Positions 28,879-39,700 of a DNA stretch of 64,000 nucleotides are shown here, in pieces. The DNA lies in NCBI GenBank assembly GCA_965228855.1, contig CBDDIJ010000003.1, positions 2,368,001-2,432,000 on the forward strand, in the 5' to 3' direction. The position numbers were made by a program, and so were the translations under genes. Every line of letters starts with the position of its first letter. The stretch's first letter is position 1. The notes under the pieces are model-generated. The model worked only from the letters and a program-made list of their open reading frames with translations, was not told where the DNA came from and ran no database searches. The DNA is from Candidatus Obscuribacterales bacterium (GTDB lineage Bacteria > Cyanobacteriota > Vampirovibrionia > Obscuribacterales > Obscuribacteraceae).

Positions 28879-31032
28879 CTACGATGCTGGGCTGGGCTCG
28901 ATTCCGAATTGTGCTTTTTCTTCGTCAGTGACTTCTTTCATCGTCAGGTTGACGCGGTTGCGGTCATCGATTTCTCTAACTTTGACAACAACTCGCTGAC
29001 CCACAGATACAACATCTTCCACTTTCGCGACCCGACGATTTTCAAGTTGCGAGATGTGGACCATGCCTTCCTTGCCGGGCAACAACTCAACAAAGCATCC
29101 TACCGGAATGATTCTGGTGACTCGACCAGCGTAGATGCCGCCTGGCTCAATCCGCTTTACAAGCTGCAGAATCATATCGCGAGCAGCCTCTCCACCCATT
29201 GCTTCGACGGAACCGATTACGACGGTGCCGTCGTCCTCGATATCGATCGTCGCACCGGTTTCTTCGATGATTCTTCTGATCATCTTTCCACCAGGTCCAA
29301 TAACCGTTCCGATATCGTCCGGATCGATCTTAATGGTGATAAGACGCGGAGCCCACTTCGAGAGGTTTTCTCTGTGCTTCGGTAATACCGCTTCCATCTT
29401 GTCGATGATATGCATTCTTCCAAGTCTGGCTTGTTCAAGCGCCACTCTCATGATTTCGATCGAGATTCCTTGAACTTTGATGTCCATCTGAAGCGCAGTG
29501 ATACCATCCCTGGAGCCTGCCACTTTGAAGTCCATGTCGCCGAGGAAGTCTTCGAGCCCTTGAATATCCGAAAGAATCGCGAACCGATCACCTTCAAGAA
29601 TCAGACCCATTGCGATACCACCCACGGTAGCGCTGAGAGGCACACCCGCGTCCATCAAAGCAAGACTGGATCCGCAAGTCGAAGCCATCGAGGTTGAACC
29701 GTTGGACTCGAGAACTTCGGATACAACGCGCAGAGTGTACGGGAAAGAAGCTTGATCGGGAAGAACGGGCATAATCGCACGTTCAGCTAGGGCACCGTGA
29801 CCAATTTCACGACGACCGGGTCCGCGCATCGGCTTGACTTCGCCGACCGAGAAACCAGGGAAGTTGTAGTGGTGCATGTAGCGTTTTTCAGTCACCGGAT
29901 CGATTGAATCCAGTTTTTGCGCATCACCGGCGATACCGAGTGTTGCGACTGAAAGAACCTGAGTTGTGCCACGAGTGAACAATCCGGTACCGTGAGTTCT
30001 TGGCAGGATGCCGACTTCAACGGTGATTGGGCGGATCTCGTCACACTTGCGACCATCAGCGCGAACACCGGTGTCCAGGACTTGAGCCCGCATCAATTCT
30101 GCTTCGTATTCTTCCAAATATGCTTTGAGCGTATTTTTGGAAACCGTTTTGAGTTCGTTCTCTTCCGGCAATTCGGCAATGGCGTTGACAAGATTGTTGT
30201 ATGACTCCTCGATGTATTTTGCGCGAGTGCCTTTGTCGGTCACGCGATTCATCGAGTTTTTAAGAGCTTCAGTGCAATGTGCATGAATCAGTTCGTTAAG
30301 AGCATCATTCTTCGTCGGCTGTTCATACGGCAGCGGCTCGATACCCAGAGCTTTAAAGAATTCAAGCTGCAGGGCAACTTGCTTCTTGATCTGTGTGTGA
30401 CCGTAGTCGATAGCAGCAAGTACGTCCTTTTCGCTGACGAGCTTGCAGCCAGCCTCAACCATCATGATCGAGTCTGCCGTTCCAGCAACAACAATATCCA
30501 TGTCGGACTCGTCGATTTGCTCATACGTCGGGTTGGCAATGAGCTTTCCTTTAACTCGAGCAACACGAACCGCTCCAAGCGGACCAGCAAACGGCAATCC
30601 ACCAAGACCGATCGCAACCGAAGCACCCAGCATGGCCAGAGTGTCAGGAGGGTTGACCTGGTCAGCGCTCATAGCTGTCGCGACGACTTGAACATCCTTT
30701 CTATATGTATAGTCAAACAGCGGACGGATCGGTCTGTCGATCAGACGGCTGGTCAAAATAGCTCTGTCAGGCGCTCTTCCTTCTCTTCGGAGAAAGCTTC
30801 CAGGAACACGACCAACTGCGTAGAGTTTTTCTTCGTAGTCGATGAGGAGCGGGAAGAAGTCGATTCCATCACGAGCTTCTCTGCTTTGCGTGGCGGTGAC
30901 CAGCACCATAGTGTCTCCACAATAAACTTCGCAAGCACCGGACGCTTGCTTGGCAAGCCGACCCGTCTTGACCGTCACTTGCTTGCCATCGATTTCGACT
31001 TCGAAACTTTTGGTTCCTTGACCTTCTAGCAT
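28879..31032 (-). CDS. pnp: Polyribonucleotide nucleotidyltransferase (PNPase)
   Basis: DFFPL..DYEE, SRLIDRPIRP, RREIGHG, SNGSTSMAS and GDMDFKVAG motifs, KH and S1 domains; ATG 31032 with AGAGGT RBS. Confidence 0.97.
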   Translation of the reverse strand: MLEGQGTKSFEVEIDGKQVTVKTGRLAKQASGACEVYCGDTMVLVTATQSREARDGIDFFPLLIDYEEKLYAVGRVPGSFLRREGRAPDRAILTSRLIDRPIRPLFDYTYRKDVQVVATAMSADQVNPPDTLAMLGASVAIGLGGLPFAGPLGAVRVARVKGKLIANPTYEQIDESDMDIVVAGTADSIMMVEAGCKLVSEKDVLAAIDYGHTQIKKQVALQLEFFKALGIEPLPYEQPTKNDALNELIHAHCTEALKNSMNRVTDKGTRAKYIEESYNNLVNAIAELPEENELKTVSKNTLKAYLEEYEAELMRAQVLDTGVRADGRKCDEIRPITVEVGILPRTHGTGLFTRGTTQVLSVATLGIAGDAQKLDSIDPVTEKRYMHHYNFPGFSVGEVKPMRGPGRREIGHGALAERAIMPVLPDQASFPYTLRVVSEVLESNGSTSMASTCGSSLALMDAGVPLSATVGGIAMGLILEGDRFAILSDIQGLEDFLGDMDFKVAGSRDGITALQMDIKVQGISIEIMRVALEQARLGRMHIIDKMEAVLPKHRENLSKWAPRLITIKIDPDDIGTVIGPGGKMIRRIIEETGATIDIEDDGTVVIGSVEAMGGEAARDMILQLVKRIEPGGIYAGRVTRIIPVGCFVELLPGKEGMVHISQLENRRVAKVEDVVSVGQRVVVKVREIDDRNRVNLTMKEVTDEEKAQFGIEPSPAS

Positions 31033-31098
31033 TTGCACTTCAATTACCTCTTTGCGGGTATTGGTGGACTGTAAACGACACAAAAACGACACTTATCA

Positions 31099-31165
31099 AG
31101 TGGAGAGCGAACGGAAAAACTGTCCGAGCCCCTATTAGGCTGCCCGCACAGTTTGCTTCTTCACT
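31099..31165 (-). promoter_or_regulatory. Long stem-loop in the pnp 5' leader
   Basis: Nested arms AGTG..AGC/GCT..CACT, AAACTGT/ACAGTTT and AGCC/GGCT. Confidence 0.45.
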
Positions 31166-31210
31166 GATGATGAGGCTTGAGTTTCAATACCTTAAAACTC
31201 AGCGATTCCA

Positions 31211-31238
31211 CAAAACAGGCGAGCTAACTGCCCGCCTG
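31211..31238 (-). terminator. Terminator after rpsO
   Basis: Minus strand reads CAGGCGGGC-AGTTA-GCTCGCCTG-TTTTG. Confidence 0.7.
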
Positions 31239-31243
31239 AGTAA

Positions 31244-31513
31244 CTATCTTCTTAATCCGAGTTTTTCAATTAGTTTTTTGTACCGACCATGGTCTTCACG
31301 GTTCAAGTACTGGAGAAGGCGGCGTCTTTTGCCGACCATCATCAACAGTCCGCGTTGGCTCTGGAAGTCTTTCTTGTTCGACTTCAAGTGACCGGTGAGC
31401 TCGTTGATGCGTTCGGTCAACATGGCGACCTGAACTTCCGGCGAGCCCGTGTCCTTGTCGTTGACGCGGTGGTTATCGATAATCTCTTTCTTTTTCTCTA
31501 AAGCAAGTCCCAT
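31244..31513 (-). CDS. rpsO: 30S ribosomal protein S15
   Basis: [26 protein letters not shown] and LGLRR motifs. Confidence 0.98.
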   Translation of the reverse strand: MGLALEKKKEIIDNHRVNDKDTGSPEVQVAMLTERINELTGHLKSNKKDFQSQRGLLMMVGKRRRLLQYLNREDHGRYKKLIEKLGLRR

Positions 31514-31647
31514 TAGTTCATTCCAATTAAGTTATAGTTCTAATTTTGTGAAAGCAGATCATAACATAAGATGTCTGGTGCCCTTCAGCGCAATTTACGT
31601 CTTATTGCTTTGAAGTTACACTTCTTCAATTCAGCCAGGAGACCAGG

Positions 31648-32403
31648 GTGAGCAAGAACAAGCGCTTCCGGATTAGAGACATCTTCATCAAATATCCGCT
31701 GCTCGACCAATTGCGTATAGAAACAATAGCAACTTTGTTCGATAAAGGCATTAGCTTGCTTGACGATTCTTTTCGTTCAACCGCCGTAATAAGCCCTGGG
31801 GCGCAGCCTTACGTTGCCGCAGTCAATATGGGCAAACGCCGACCCAAGATTTCAGGAAAGAAACCATGCATATTCGCCTACTACCACGGCGAGATGGTCA
31901 CATTGATGGCGCTCTGCCCACGTGCCAACATGGTCACCCTGGCTAGCAACAGCCGCGATGGCGAGATGATCGCGCGCGCCGCAGTGCGAATGGGTTTTGG
32001 CGTCGCACGCGGTTCGAAGACGCACGGCGGCATGAAAGCCGGTTTGGAACTAATGACAGCCAGCGAAAGAAACCAATCGATACTATTCAATGTAGACGGT
32101 CCCAAAGGTCCGCGCCACGTCGTCAAGGATTACATCATCCGAGTCGCCGAGATGAGCAAACTGCCGATTATTCCAGTAGTCTGCGATGCACGCAGCAACG
32201 AGCGCATCAAATCATGGGACAGATACCTCGTGCCCTGCCTGGGCAGTCGCATGGTTTACATCTTTGGCGAACCAATCGAAATTGGCTCCAACCTGAGCGA
32301 CGAAGAAAAGGAGGCGAAACGACAGTTGCTGTCTGACCGTCTCAAGGAAATCAACGACAGACTACCTCAGTACTGGGAATTGATGGCACGCACCTCGGCT
32401 TGA
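31648..32403 (+). CDS. DUF374 / lysophospholipid acyltransferase family protein
   Basis: YHG, SRDGE, RGS, DGPKGP and SWDR motifs. Confidence 0.85.
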   Translation: MSKNKRFRIRDIFIKYPLLDQLRIETIATLFDKGISLLDDSFRSTAVISPGAQPYVAAVNMGKRRPKISGKKPCIFAYYHGEMVTLMALCPRANMVTLASNSRDGEMIARAAVRMGFGVARGSKTHGGMKAGLELMTASERNQSILFNVDGPKGPRHVVKDYIIRVAEMSKLPIIPVVCDARSNERIKSWDRYLVPCLGSRMVYIFGEPIEIGSNLSDEEKEAKRQLLSDRLKEINDRLPQYWELMARTSA

Positions 32404-32462
32404 GACGAAAACCGACCGACAAGCTTACAGGAGTCATTCTTAGATACTGATCAGAAAACAAA

Positions 32463-32499
32463 AACAGGTCTCCGGCTCGAAAGAGTCAGAAGACCTGTT
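32463..32499. terminator. Stem-loop/terminator between convergent genes
   Basis: AACAGGTCT / AGACCTGTT around a GAAA loop, with A-run and T-run flanks. Confidence 0.7.
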
Positions 32500-32523
32500 C
32501 AATTTTTTCTGAATGGTCAGTGT

Positions 32524-32748
32524 CTACGGTTTTTGAAGTTCCGGTTTCCACTCGTCCAGAATTGCGCCTTCGATTGGGCAAGCAGAGAGGCAAGCTCCAC
32601 AGTCGATGCATGTTGCGTCATCGATATATGTGTAAGCAGTGCTCTTTGCGTTGGTTTTACCATCAGCCCAGTGAATGCACTCAACAGGACAAACTGGAAT
32701 ACAGTCGCCTATCCCCTCGCAGACATCAGCCACGATTGTGTATGCCAT
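32524..32748 (-). CDS. [4Fe-4S] dicluster ferredoxin
   Basis: CEGIGDCIPVCPVECI and CIDCGACLSACP motifs. Confidence 0.92.
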   Translation of the reverse strand: MAYTIVADVCEGIGDCIPVCPVECIHWADGKTNAKSTAYTYIDDATCIDCGACLSACPIEGAILDEWKPELQKP

Positions 32749-33048
32749 TGCAGTAACTCCTCATTAGCTTCCATTAGTAATTGTGTGTCCACTCTGCAAA
32801 GTATGCAAGAGCTTTCCACGATTAATTGGAATGTGTACAAGCACGTTCAATTGAAAACAGTCTAGCGCAAATCTTATACCCGGCAAGCAATTCTGAATAA
32901 TGCGATTTCGACTCTTTCTTAATCTGAAATCTCAGAACCGATGCAAAGAGGGGACAATATACGGAACCGCTGGCCGGAAGGCGCCAACGGACGGATCAGA
33001 AAGGTTTCAATTCACCCGAAACCGAGATGTGGAGAGCAACAAAGGGAT

Positions 33049-33336
33049 ATGAGCGACGTCAAAGTTAATGTTTACACTTCGGCTGGAGCCCACGTGGGCT
33101 ACTTCTTGAACCCGCACGTGCAGGCATTTCCGGAGGGCGACTATGAGCTTTCTGGCGAGTTTTTCGATGAGAACGGTGACCGTATCCAGAAGCTCGATTT
33201 CAATCCCCAGGCGCTGCCGTATGTAGCCGATCTCAGCGCTATTAACGGTTTGGCCCATACAAAGATTGAAAACGTCTACGTCCAACGCGGCAGGCAACCC
33301 GTTCGCATGAGCGGCAACGCCGGAATTCCTCAGTAA
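33049..33336 (+). CDS. Hypothetical 95-aa protein
   Basis: ATG 33049 after AAGGGA; globular beta-rich sequence. Confidence 0.65.
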   Translation: MSDVKVNVYTSAGAHVGYFLNPHVQAFPEGDYELSGEFFDENGDRIQKLDFNPQALPYVADLSAINGLAHTKIENVYVQRGRQPVRMSGNAGIPQ

Positions 33337-33447
33337 CAAAACTTTCAAAGTTTATTGCTTGAAACCGCTGCAATCTGTGGCGGAGCTAAATTGGCAGCCT
33401 CCTTGCAACAACAAATTCTCAGACTCACAGATTTTCAGGAACTCGTG

Positions 33448-33572
33448 AAAAGTTAAGGCAGCCCTTTGGGGGCTGCCTCTAGTAACTTCCTCGTTTGTGT
33501 TTGGGAAGGCTACTCACCGAAGTTGGGGGCTGGTGAGGGGGATAGGTGCAGACTAAACCCAAACGAGGTATT
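33448..33572 (-). ncRNA. Candidate structured small RNA
   Basis: Long interrupted hairpin (33489-33568) plus a GC-rich terminator-like hairpin (33456-33478) in a 415-bp intergenic region. Confidence 0.4.
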
Positions 33573-33751
33573 TAAATCGGGTCTTGCTGGCGCTTCATCC
33601 ATATATTGCTGTTATAGCAGCTGGAAAAGTGTGAGATTTATAAGTTAGACCATAATTCATTATGGGAATTCCTATGTTACCGGCGCTGAAAAATGCCGAT
33701 AATTCCAGGGTAAGACCGCGGAAACCCGCAGCAGGACCGAGATAACAAAAT

Positions 33752-35035
33752 ATGGAATCCGAATCGAGCACAGCTTCTCAAGAGAATCACACGGAGCATC
33801 AGAGAGAACGGATAGTTCTCCTGGTCGAGCCGAAGGAAGATGACCGCAGGAAGTGCGCTGACGCCATAATCTCGCAGTCACCACTGTACGACGTCGAGTC
33901 TGTGACCACCGGCGAGGAGGCGATTGCGAAATTCGAGAAGAAAAATTTCGACGTAGTGGTTATGAGCTACGACTTACCGGACATGACAGGCGATGAGCTG
34001 ACACGCAAGCTCACTTCATTGAATCCCACCTGCCCGATAGTCGCGATGACCGTGATTGACAGTCCGGAACTTGCTTTGAAAACATTGAAATCAGGCGCCA
34101 TGGATTATCTTCCGAAGCTGGGCGAGTATCAAAAGTTTTTGCCGAGAACCATCACAACGAATTTGCAACGGTCGATGTTGCTAGAGAATTTGCGCGAGAT
34201 GTATACGAGAGTGGAACAGGCGTCGCGTGACGAAGCGCTTCTCAACAGGCTTATCGTAAGTATTCACAGCTCGCTCGATCTGTCAGACACAATCGAGCGT
34301 GCCACCAGAAATCTGTTGGAAGAGTTACAGGTATCACGCGTCATCACCGTTCTCGCCGAAGATCCGGAAAGCAAGATGCGCATCCGACGCCAGATGACGC
34401 ACCCTCGGGTAACTCCAATTTCAGATCGGAGCGCGTTGTTCGACCGTTATCACGATCTCCTTCTCGATATCGGCGAGCGTCGCCCCCTCGTCGTAATGCA
34501 GGATGATACATTCGCATTCGCTCAGGATGTGCGTTCCGAAATGGTCGGTTATCAGATTCAGTCGATGATTATGGTGCCCTTGGTCTACCGAGGAAAGTTG
34601 ATGGGCCTGCTGCATCTCGATCAAACCAATTTCACACGACTCTGGACGGTCAGCGAAATCAATCTGCTCATGCGCATCGCCAATCAATTTGCCATCGCGT
34701 TGAGCCAGGCAAAACTGTATCAAATAGTCGAAGCGCAAAGCACAAGCATCAATAAACTTACAGACCTTTGTTCGCAACTCAATGATGTGGTTAAGGGAAC
34801 CAAGGAACTGACCGAGCGCACAGAGAGTCGAGAACGCGTCCGCGTAAAATTGAGCAGCCGAGAGTTAGAAGTCCTGAAAAAAGTTGCGCAAGGTCTTTCA
34901 AATAAAGAAATTGCCGAGGAACTTCATATCACTGAAGGTACTACCGAAGTACACGTGTCCAGATTGAGAAAGAAGTTGGCCCTGACCAGCCGAGCGGCGT
35001 TGGTTAGATACGCATACGAAAATCACATTTCTTGA
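33752..35035 (+). CDS. Receiver-like/GAF/LuxR-HTH transcriptional regulator
   Basis: N-terminal REC fold (LPDMTG, GAMDYLPK), GAF (VPLVYRGKLMGLL, W..SEINLL..IANQFAIAL) and LuxR HTH (LSSRELEVL..VAQGLSNKEIA..L.I.EGT). Confidence 0.9.
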   Translation: MESESSTASQENHTEHQRERIVLLVEPKEDDRRKCADAIISQSPLYDVESVTTGEEAIAKFEKKNFDVVVMSYDLPDMTGDELTRKLTSLNPTCPIVAMTVIDSPELALKTLKSGAMDYLPKLGEYQKFLPRTITTNLQRSMLLENLREMYTRVEQASRDEALLNRLIVSIHSSLDLSDTIERATRNLLEELQVSRVITVLAEDPESKMRIRRQMTHPRVTPISDRSALFDRYHDLLLDIGERRPLVVMQDDTFAFAQDVRSEMVGYQIQSMIMVPLVYRGKLMGLLHLDQTNFTRLWTVSEINLLMRIANQFAIALSQAKLYQIVEAQSTSINKLTDLCSQLNDVVKGTKELTERTESRERVRVKLSSRELEVLKKVAQGLSNKEIAEELHITEGTTEVHVSRLRKKLALTSRAALVRYAYENHIS

Positions 35036-35098
35036 ACTGATCAATTGCGAACTGTTTTGGTCGTATGATGGAAGTGTGGAAAATAATTCGAGGACGAA

Positions 35099-35674
35099 AT
35101 GAGTCAAAAGAAGGAAGACGACCTCAAGGTCATTTTCGAAGCGCTGGCATTTGCATCGAAAATGCACAGCTCGCAGCGCAGAAAGGATAACAGAGACACG
35201 CCTTATATCAATCATCCTATTGATGTCGCTAGATTGTTAATCACCGAAGGTGGTATCACTGATTCCAGCGTCATAGCAGCCGCTATTTTGCATGACACCA
35301 TAGAGGATACTGAAGCGACGGTCGAAGACATAGAGGCACAGTTCGGAAAAAAGATTCTCTCTTTCGTGCTGGAGTGCACTGACGACAAGTCTTTACCGAA
35401 GGCGGAGCGTAAACGCCTGCAGGTTGTGAACGGACCGCACAAATCGCCGGAGGCAAAATGTATAAAGCTCTGCGACAAAATCAGCAACGTCCGCGACATC
35501 GGTGAATACCCACCTGTGTTGTGGTCGAAGCAACGATTAATTGAGTATCTGGATTGGACTCAAGAAGTCGTTAACGGGCTGCGCGGCGTAAATAAACCCC
35601 TCGAAGATCTCTACGATAAAGCTGTGGAAAAATCGAGAGAGAAAGTGGAGTCTATGACCGGACAATCGAAATAA
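35099..35674 (+). CDS. HD-domain small alarmone hydrolase (Mesh1/SpoT-hydrolase-like)
   Basis: H..QRRK, PYINHP, AAILHDTIEDT, TDDK and IKLCDKISN motifs. Confidence 0.87.
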   Translation: MSQKKEDDLKVIFEALAFASKMHSSQRRKDNRDTPYINHPIDVARLLITEGGITDSSVIAAAILHDTIEDTEATVEDIEAQFGKKILSFVLECTDDKSLPKAERKRLQVVNGPHKSPEAKCIKLCDKISNVRDIGEYPPVLWSKQRLIEYLDWTQEVVNGLRGVNKPLEDLYDKAVEKSREKVESMTGQSK

Positions 35675-35690
35675 ACGCTTGCATCAATAG

Positions 35691-36659
35691 TTAGCGTTTA
35701 ACCGATCGAATCAGGAACCAAGATGACTTCTTGAGTTCGTTAACATTATCATTCGGCGTCGGTTTCATAATGGTGGCAGGAATTTTAACAACTTCCGGCT
35801 CTTTGTAGTCGACCTTACGTTGATACTGGTACCAGACATCGCCGTCGCGCAGACGCAGAGCCATTGTCAAAAGCGACTTGTAGTCCGGGTCGTCGGGACA
35901 CTTCGCTACAAGTTGATTGAGAAAGGATATGGAGTTTGCAAGCGTGCCAAATTCCAGCTCTCTCACCAACTTTGCAAGAAGCGCTTCCTCTCCGGCGGAT
36001 TTTGTTTGAGACGTCGGTGAAGGTGGTTGGACGGGTGGTTGCGACAGCGCGCGCGGAGGCGCAGTTTGAATCTCGCTCGTGACTTTTGAACCGCGTACCT
36101 TTTTCTTTTTCGCGATTTTCACTTTGCTCTGCTTCGTTTTCTCCGCGGCATCCTCGGCAGACTGCTCATCGGCTACTGGCGATTGATTTGAAAGATTCTG
36201 CTGGTGAGTCTGACTTTCATCCGAGTGACGTTCTATTCTTGTCGGAGCTTCTTCAATTTGCCGAATCGGCTGCTGAAGGTCGGAGGGCGATTCTTGCTGG
36301 TAGTTTGGCGTCGACAGGTTGTTTGGAACTGTTTCATCTACAGCAGGTTCTTGCAGCTCTTCCGAATTAGACGCGCCAGGACTCTCTTCGCCCTGCGCTT
36401 CAGCCGGGGTCTCGTCCTCAAAATCGCGATGACTCCGCGAACCTGGCTCCATCTCCAGAATCCCCGATGATTGCTGGCTTATCAGGTGCTCTCCGGTTAC
36501 ATTTTTAACCTGGATCGTTTCTAATCTGATCCGGGAACTCGCATGCTCTAAAAGCAGTCCAGTAGATAAGTCTCGGCTATTCGCCGCACATGTCCAACTG
36601 TTTGAGACGCTCAGAGATAGAGCAAGTAGTAAGAAGAATTGTTGCTTGGGATGGCGCAT
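35691..36659 (-). CDS. Hypothetical secreted low-complexity protein
   Basis: Signal peptide from ATG 36659; Q/E/S/P-rich middle; short TPR-like C-terminus. Confidence 0.65.
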   Translation of the reverse strand: MRHPKQQFFLLLALSLSVSNSWTCAANSRDLSTGLLLEHASSRIRLETIQVKNVTGEHLISQQSSGILEMEPGSRSHRDFEDETPAEAQGEESPGASNSEELQEPAVDETVPNNLSTPNYQQESPSDLQQPIRQIEEAPTRIERHSDESQTHQQNLSNQSPVADEQSAEDAAEKTKQSKVKIAKKKKVRGSKVTSEIQTAPPRALSQPPVQPPSPTSQTKSAGEEALLAKLVRELEFGTLANSISFLNQLVAKCPDDPDYKSLLTMALRLRDGDVWYQYQRKVDYKEPEVVKIPATIMKPTPNDNVNELKKSSWFLIRSVKR

Positions 36660-36733
36660 GAGGAAAATAAAACACTCATTCGAAAGAGTCTCTAGCTTAT
36701 CATGACCTGAGGTGCAAGAGCTCCGGCTAGAAA

Positions 36734-39700
36734 ATGCAGAGTGGAACACAAGAGATCTCAACGCCAGAACAGACGGTCGCACCCCGTCCGGCTTTATACA
36801 TCTTGCGTTTCCTGGTTTCCTGGCTGGTCAGCCTCGTTGTTGTTCTTGCAGTAACGCTGCTGAGCGATGTTAATTGGTCGCGCCCGTATCTGGAACAGAG
36901 ACTCAGCGATGCCCTCGAGAGACAGGTTCGATTAGGGAAAGTGACCTGGGCGCTCGGATTGAATGGCATATCCGTCGAGACCAAGAATCTACAAATCAAT
37001 GAGATCACCGGTGAGCCTTTCCTCTCGGCAGCAGAAAGCGAGATTGGAGTTTCGGTTTTAGCCCTGCTCGAGCATAAAATCGTAGTTACTTTCGTGCGAG
37101 CAGATAAAGCTAACATCCGGCTGGTGAAGACCAGCTCCGACAAGTGGAATTTCGACGATCTGTTGAAACCGGGTCCTGAGATCAGGCTGCTTCAACTCAC
37201 AAGCGCCAAGCTCGGTTTGTTCGACGAGTCGGCAGATAGCAAAACACATCTGGCACCAATCAATCTCGAAAAGGTAGAGCTCAAGCTCAACTTCCCGCAT
37301 AAAAACCGAAAGCGCCCGTTCTTCCTATCCTTCTCTTTGCCGTCGAAAGGCTATTCTACGACATTTGAACTCGAAGGCCTTGGTGTCGGAGAGCTGGAGA
37401 AGTGGCAAAGCAATCAATACTCGTTTAAAGCTGATGCGAAGCGCGTCAATCCAAGAGATGTCGAACGACTGATGAAATTCATCACTGTTCCCACCACCAT
37501 CGATAAGGACGGGAAGAAGGTTATCGCATCCGCTGGTGAGGAAAGGAAACGGCTGGCAGCCATGAGTGGAGACGCGGGGAAACAGGCGCTCATGGCAGGA
37601 GAGCGTAACAGCCAGCTTTCCGGAACGGCTCACAAGCCTGCCACTAAATCTGGTGCAAAGTCAAAATCAGCGAACAAGATTTCCGCTGGAAAAAACAGTT
37701 CAAAATCGATGCCAGCGTCGAAAACCCGTCAGAGCAAAGAAACAGTAAGCCCAGAATCGAAAAACGTCAGCACTACAATTGAAACGGTAGATGGACAGGT
37801 CGTTTCCGTAGATCCAAAGCAAAAACAGCTGCTGGCAAATCAAGCAGCAGAGGGTTTAATCGAGCTGGTAAAGCCGATAAAGGGACTCTTTGACTTTGCC
37901 CTGCAGGGAGACGGCACTTTTGACAAAGGCATCAAAGCAACCTTCGATACTGAAGCAGACAATGTCCTGGTGGACCATCCGACCGTCGGCGTCATCAATG
38001 CCGGCAAAACCGTAGCCGCGGTGACCGCGAGCCTGAGCAAGGACGCTCTCTCGTGGCAGGACCTGAAACTAAAAATGCACGGACTCGAAATTCATTCATC
38101 AGGCGAGGTTTCGCACTGGCAGGAGAAAGAACCGGGAATCAAAGCAAATTTAAATGGAGTGGTCCCCGATATCGGCGTCCTGCAAGACATCCTGGTGCCC
38201 AAAACAGACAACGCGCCAAGCCGCGGACTGAGCAACCTGGCGCGGGATCTGAAACCAGCTCGATTGAGTGGGCGTGCGGATATTGCAATCAAAATTGATG
38301 GCACCACGCGCAGTACTAATATGACTACTTCCGTGAAAACGTATGACTTAGCCATCAAGGAGATGTTGAGTAAGGCTAATCAGCATTTTCCGATTCTCTG
38401 CGCGGTCGGTCTGAGCAGCCAGGCCAAGATCCAGACTGACTTGAAAGTCGAAAACGCCGACCGCATCGATATTATCAACGGTAAGCTCATCGGACCCGGC
38501 ACGAATTTAAACGCATCTGGCTGGATCGACCTGAAGACAAACAAGAGCAAGCTTGTCGTCAACGGAGACCGCATTCAATTGCGCGATACCGCACTCGGTA
38601 TCACTACAAACGAAGCCGCCTACAAGCAGATTATGGGCAGCCTCAGGCTGCCTGGCAAAAATAGCTTCACGCTGGACGGTACAGCCAACGCCAATGCGAC
38701 GCTCACGGCGGACGGCGACCGTTATTTAATCGATGGGAAGCTCAAGCTCAACGATGCAGCTTTTGCGCTCAAAGATAACTCGCTGAAGTTGAATCACGTC
38801 AACGGCAACGTTTTATTCACGCAAAATAATTCGGCCGGTCATATGACTCTATCAGGATTCACCGGACAGATGGGAGATGGTCATTTCCAGATGGATGGCA
38901 AGCTCTCTCTGGCGCACACCCCGGTGCTCGATACCACCATCCACGCTACCAGGTTCGACCTGAAGCACCTGGCTACTTTGATGAAGATTTTTCAGATCCA
39001 GATTCCCGTGTTGACCGAACATCAGTTATACGGGCGAGTAAAAGATGTCGTTCTCAAAGTTAGCGGCACGGCATTCAATCCCAAAATTTTCTTCAGTGCG
39101 GTACCTGACGACCTCTATTATCAACCACCCGGTCTCGCAAAGCCTCTCAGAGCCAAGGCCGGTGTTATCGTCTATGACAACGATCAACTTATTCTAAGAG
39201 AAGTTGCTCTGGTCACGAACAACAAAACAATCGTAACCAGTTTGACTATGGACAGAGTCTCAAAAGACGCCAGCCTCAGTAGAGTCAAAATGAAGACGGA
39301 CAGCATTGAACTGGCCGATTTAAACTATTATCTCTCGTCCACAGCGATGCCTCCCCCATTGCGAAAGGCTTATCACGACTTCCTGGCGCAGTACAAAATC
39401 TCAGGTATGCACGGCAGATCATACGGCGATATCCTCTGTTTGATTAGCCCGAAAGGCGATGTGACATTCGACGGTCTTGTCGGACTTTATAAAGCCGGTG
39501 CCACCGTATCTGGTTTTCCCCTCACGAAGCTGGAAGGAATATTCGCAGCTTCAGGAGACCAACTTCTGCTCCAGGATGTAAGCGGTTTTCTGCGAGGAAG
39601 TAAGTTCTCTTTAGATGGTTATATCGACAAATATAAGAGTAAGAACCCGACGTGGCGCGCAGAGGTCGCGGCTACATTAGCGCCTCGCGAATTGCTGGAA

